Assembly: GCA_965218585.1 (NCBI GenBank)
Contig: CBDCLE010000010.1
Location: 96,001-160,000, forward strand
DNA from: Terriglobia bacterium
Lineage (GTDB): Bacteria; Acidobacteriota; Terriglobia; 20CM-2-55-15
Direction of reading: 5' to 3'
Length of the DNA: 64,000 nucleotides
How positions within the stretch are numbered: position 1 is the first letter of the stretch; each line of letters begins with the position of its first letter. This document shows, in pieces, positions 60,275 through 64,000 of the stretch. Made by a program: the position numbers and the translations under genes. The notes below the pieces were generated by a model. The model was given only the letters and a program-made list of their open reading frames with translations. It had not been told where the DNA came from and did no database searches.

Positions 60275-62425
60275 GTGCCTGGCAGCACGCGTTTCCGGCG
60301 GGTTAAAGTCCCGCTCGGCCCGAGGCCACGGGTCGATATCCAATAAGTGGGGGTAATGCCTCACTGGCCGAAGTGTAGGCGGGTATGCAAATGCCTAAAC
60401 GGGCACGAAGGCGAAAGCCGGATACGGCCAAGACAGAGCTGGATCCACCTACGGAAACTTTGGAGGGCAGGGCGCCCACCGCGAGGTGGGGTCTGAAGGG
60501 CATGAGGAGAACCACCGGGTCGTAATCGACGGGAGCGATCCCGAGGATGAACCGGTCGGCCAAAGATGGGGAATGGTCGAGCCCGCACTATGGGGGCGAA
60601 GGCACATTGGTTCCCCCCCCCATCGCACCAAGGTGTGTGCGGGCGACACGGTGGAGAAGAGACACGAGTGACCCAGGGAGGCCTGGTATTGTCCGGGCGG
60701 AAGGTAAGGTCGAGATGGTGTGGCACCCGCAGACGAAAGGGCGGGCAACGGAGAAGACAAACATCGACCTAGAGCCCCGCAAGGTAGGTGCGGATATAAG
60801 CGAGAGCGAAGTTCCGGCCGACGCGGTGCCAGGAATCGGATCAGGGAATAGTACTCAGGAACGAGACACCGAACATAAGATCTCGGATCGTTGCTTCAAG
60901 CAGCGGCGCTGGCGGGTTCAAAAGGCCCGTTGGAGGGGGAAGTCCCTGTACTCAGTTGTGATTGTGCGAGCGAGGGAAAGGCGGAGGTATCGTGACCTTG
61001 GACAGTTCCCTTAGTGAAAGACCCAAACGCGATTCGGACGAAGCCGCCGCCCGTCACCACACAGCGACATTGGAAAGCAAACAGGGAAAGAAGCGAAAGG
61101 TCCACTCGCTGATCGACAAGGTGTTTAGTCGCAAGAATCTGGAGTTGGCCTGGGAGAAGGTGAAGCGGAACCGAGGTAGTGCGGGCATCGACAAGGTGAC
61201 CGTTGAGCAGTTTGAAACGCGCAAGGAGGAATATCTGGCCTTGTTGCATCAAAGACTGCGAGATGGCAGTTATCGCCCCAAGCCGGTTAAGCGAGTCGAG
61301 ATCGGGAAGTCCGACGGAGGAGTGCGAAAGCTGGGGATACCGGCCGTGATGGATCGGGTATGTCAGCAGGCACTGGTCCAGCGGATGGAACCGATCTTCG
61401 AGCCGCTGTTTCTGGACTGCTCATTCGGGTATCGCAAGGGGCGTTCGCCTCACGATGCGATGCGGAAAGTATGGGTAGAGCTGGGCGAGGGAGACCTATG
61501 GGTAGTTGATGCCGACTTGCGGCAGTTCTTCGACACGATTGACCAGGAGAAGCTCCTCGACTTAATTGCCGAAGAGATCAGCGACGGCCGAGTACTGGGA
61601 CTGATCCGGGTCATCCTGGGTTCGGGGGTGTTGGACGGAGGTTGCTGGCAACCCACGCGGACGGGAGTTCCCCAAGGGGGAGTGGCCAGTCCGTTGTGGT
61701 CAAACATCTTTCTGACGCCGTTTGACCGTGAGATGACCCGACAAGGTTACAGACTCACACGCTGGGCGGACGACTTCGTGGTGGTCTGCAGGACACCGTC
61801 GGAAGCCCGGCAGGCACTCGCATGTGCAGAGCGGTTTCTCTGGGAGGCACTTGGAGTTCGGCTCCATCCGAAGAAGACGCGGATTGTACACGTCCGACAG
61901 GGCTTCGAGTTCTTGGGGTACAAGGTGAAGCAAGGGAAAGGCCTGCGCCTGTCCGATACACAGAGGCAGGGTCGCGGAATGCATCCCTATAACCTGTACG
62001 CCATTCCACGGGAAAAGTCGGTGGAGAGGTTCCGGACGCAAATCCGACACCTCTCGCGCCGAAAGGCTCCCCTCACGCTGGGCGAAGTCATCGACCAGCT
62101 CAACCCAGTGATTCGTGGTTGGGGGAACTACTACCGCAAAGCGCGGGTGCGCCGACTCTTTAACCAGTTGGACCGTTGGATCGAGCGCCGTATCCACTCG
62201 TTTCTCGCGAAACGGTGGCGCAATACGATGTGGCGCCGCTATCCGGCACGACGACTGATTCGGGAGTTTGGTTTGGTCCGACTGACGCATCTGATCCCCG
62301 GTCTTGTGGACCGGTGACTTCGAGCGAGGAGCAACTGAGGAAAGCGGCTTGCGGGAAAACTGCACGAGCCGTTTGATTGAGCGGACGGTGGAAGGGCGGC
62401 TCTGCCCGACCACTTTCGACTCTAC
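60275..62425 (+). mobile_element. Group II intron
   Basis: Domain V gaaAGCggcttgcgggaaaactgcacgagccgttt; domain VI ending cgactctAC; 5' end chosen by exon frame and EBS/IBS pairing (alternative 60271). Confidence 0.9.
60992..62317 (+). CDS. ltrA: Group II intron reverse transcriptase/maturase (no endonuclease domain)
   Basis: RKLGIP, ADLRQFFD, GVPQGG..SP, RWADD, FLGY and LNPVIRGWGNYY motifs. Confidence 0.95.
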   Translation: MTLDSSLSERPKRDSDEAAARHHTATLESKQGKKRKVHSLIDKVFSRKNLELAWEKVKRNRGSAGIDKVTVEQFETRKEEYLALLHQRLRDGSYRPKPVKRVEIGKSDGGVRKLGIPAVMDRVCQQALVQRMEPIFEPLFLDCSFGYRKGRSPHDAMRKVWVELGEGDLWVVDADLRQFFDTIDQEKLLDLIAEEISDGRVLGLIRVILGSGVLDGGCWQPTRTGVPQGGVASPLWSNIFLTPFDREMTRQGYRLTRWADDFVVVCRTPSEARQALACAERFLWEALGVRLHPKKTRIVHVRQGFEFLGYKVKQGKGLRLSDTQRQGRGMHPYNLYAIPREKSVERFRTQIRHLSRRKAPLTLGEVIDQLNPVIRGWGNYYRKARVRRLFNQLDRWIERRIHSFLAKRWRNTMWRRYPARRLIREFGLVRLTHLIPGLVDR

Positions 62426-62980
62426 AACAGAAGCGACTCCGAACACGGCCGAGAAAGGATCGACAGCCTCCTTCGTTCAGATGACGAGTGAGATTCCTAC
62501 TGAAACAGGCGGCACGGCCCGTCAGGCTGCACCGCAACCGGCTGCACCGGCCCAACCGGCGAAACCCGCAAACCTGCCGACGTTTTCTCTTGAACCGGCA
62601 CGGCGTGTGACGATGATGGTCGGGGAATCCGATAGCGGAGTTCGCGTCCAGTTGAGTGAGAATCGGGGCGAGGTCTCGGTTCGATTTAACGCTCCCACAG
62701 TCATTTGCACCGGCCTGGAAGGTTCCGTCCACAACCTGGTGGATTCGCTCAATCGCCAACAGGTTCCGCTCTCCGATGTCCTGTTCTCCGGACGCTTCGA
62801 CACTGGAACCGACTCGGGTCAGTCCCAGCACGGCGACGGACATGGCTCCCGGCAGGGACAATCCGCTGATACCGAATCTGAAGAAACTCTTGCCTTCATG
62901 ACAGAGTTCGAGTCTTCCGATGAAGATTCTCTCGTCAGCCTCACCGCGTAACCTCTGGTTACGTCCCCAAAAGACATTTC

Positions 62981-63051
62981 AACGCAGAGGCGCAGAGGTC
63001 GCAGAGACCTATATGATTTCTGCGGTCTTCGCGTCCCTGCGTCTCTCGGTT
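62981..63051. repeat. Imperfect palindromic intergenic repeat
   Basis: aacgcagaggcgcagaggtcgcagag...tctgcggtcttcgcgtccctgcgtctctcggtt. Confidence 0.55.
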
Positions 63052-63214
63052 CTTGCGAGGAAGCTGAAGGCTGATCGCCGATCGCTGGGGCGTATCGGCA
63101 GGTCGCGGCGACGACATAAGCAAAAAATGCCGGGTAGGGAGATTTTTCTTATAGAAGCTTTCATGCCTTCGCACAATGCATATGCAGTTTCAATAACTTG
63201 CAGCCGATTTTAGT

Positions 63215-63231
63215 TCGGCGCGACGCGTGCT
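63215..63231 (+). promoter_or_regulatory. Possible sigma54 -24/-12 promoter
   Basis: tcGGcgcgacgcgtGCt (GG-N10-GC) upstream of the flgD RBS. Confidence 0.4.
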
Positions 63232-63256
63232 CTAAATAGTCCCGAGGAGGAAAACG

Positions 63257-63514
63257 ATGATTGAAACAATTTTACCTACATCTTTGGGCGATCGGGCGCC
63301 GGCGCTTCCGATGTCGAAGGCCGAGGAACAGAAGTCGCAGTTCCTGCAGTTGCTCGTCGCCCAGATGAAAATGCAGGATCCCCTCAATCCAATGGACGGC
63401 ACCGATTTTGTGGCGCAGTTGGCGCAGTTCACCAGCGTCGAAGAATTGATCAATATCCGGCAAGCCATGGAAAACGTCGAACAGGCGCTAGGGCAGACAG
63501 GTACAACGCTATAA
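63257..63514 (+). CDS. flgD: Flagellar hook-capping protein FlgD (short; possibly clipped by the adjacent IS110)
   Basis: FLQLLVAQMKMQDPLNPMDGTDFVAQLAQFTSVE. Confidence 0.9.
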   Translation: MIETILPTSLGDRAPALPMSKAEEQKSQFLQLLVAQMKMQDPLNPMDGTDFVAQLAQFTSVEELINIRQAMENVEQALGQTGTTL

Positions 63515-63614
63515 GGAAGGACGCCCCTTTGTCGGCTGTTGCCAGGAGGAAAATCTCCCGACAACAACCCATTCAACGTAGCTGCGTTGAATTCAAAGAC
63601 AAAGGAGCACGTAA

Positions 63615-64000
63615 ATGAAACAGGCCAAGTATATCGGCATGGATGTGCACCAGGCAACGACGGTGGTGATGGTCTTAAACGCAGACGGCAAACTGGTCTG
63701 GGAAAAGATCGTAGAGACCCAGGCCGGGCCAATCATTGATTTGCTGGAGAGTCTGAGTGGTGAGCTGCACGTGACGTTTGAAGAAACCACGCAGGCCGAA
63801 TGGCTCTACAACGTGGTCCGGGGATATGTGAGCGAAGTGATCGTGTGTGATCCCAGACGGAACAAACTGCTCAGTGACGGGTCCAAGACCGACCGGGTGG
63901 ATGCCCTGAAACTGGCCGAGCTGCTCCGGGCCGGATGGCTGCGGTCGGTCTACCACGGGCACGATGCGACGCGGACGTTGAAAGAACTGGTCCGCGGATA
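63615..64000 (+). CDS. Second-type IS110-family transposase (runs off the window)
   Basis: MKQAKYIGMDVHQAT...FEETT...KTDRVDALKLAELLR; RBS aaggag. Confidence 0.9.
   Translation, partial: MKQAKYIGMDVHQATTVVMVLNADGKLVWEKIVETQAGPIIDLLESLSGELHVTFEETTQAEWLYNVVRGYVSEVIVCDPRRNKLLSDGSKTDRVDALKLAELLRAGWLRSVYHGHDATRTLKELVRG

Larger units (their letters stand above)
60121..62951 (+). pseudogene. fliK-like flagellar hook-length control gene: 5'-truncated and split by the intron
   Basis: Exons join in frame ...GQTNEARS-A-TEATPN...; P/A/T-rich linker and a VRVQLSENRGEVSVRF C-domain; lies upstream of flgD. Confidence 0.6.

Noticed and set aside
60992-62317. RT as a retron, DGR or defence RT
   Set aside because: The maturase domain and intron domains V/VI directly downstream identify a group II intron.

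Overview
IS-saturated, partly eroded 64-kb bacterial region. Acidobacteriota is likely (inferred from the Oar-type TonB receptor, DUF6152-type pairs and short FlgD). Intact or near-intact housekeeping islands (tRNA-Glu(CTC), msrA, csp, queA, hsp20-clpB, LysM lytic transglycosylase, BCCT transporter, hicAB, vapBC) are separated by more than 15 mobile elements or remnants (IS256, IS6, IS21, IS110/IS1111, IS1380, IS903-like, IS3, RAYT, group II intron). Several of these interrupt signalling, SOS and flagellar genes. Three things stand out. (1) An unannotated minus-strand locus: RRE/PqqD-M50 protease-HlyD fusion, then two tandem c-di-GMP-I riboswitches, an 8-aa micro-ORF (MSYGVIWV), a 31-aa RiPP-style precursor (leader ...EIEELEQKIAP, core SEIWWPF) and a truncated membrane protein. 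This is a candidate c-di-GMP-gated peptide export/signalling system. (2) A four-gene operon of AdmH-like MIO aminomutase, thiolase, beta-amino-acid-type transaminase and aryl-CoA ligase, which reads as a catabolic route for aromatic amino acids via the beta-amino acid. (3) One nested-hairpin motif built from DnaA-box-like 9-mers near an end of three unrelated IS elements. Target and donor guide segments of an IS1111-type non-coding RNA can also be read directly from the sequence. All family calls come from motif recognition; no searches were run.
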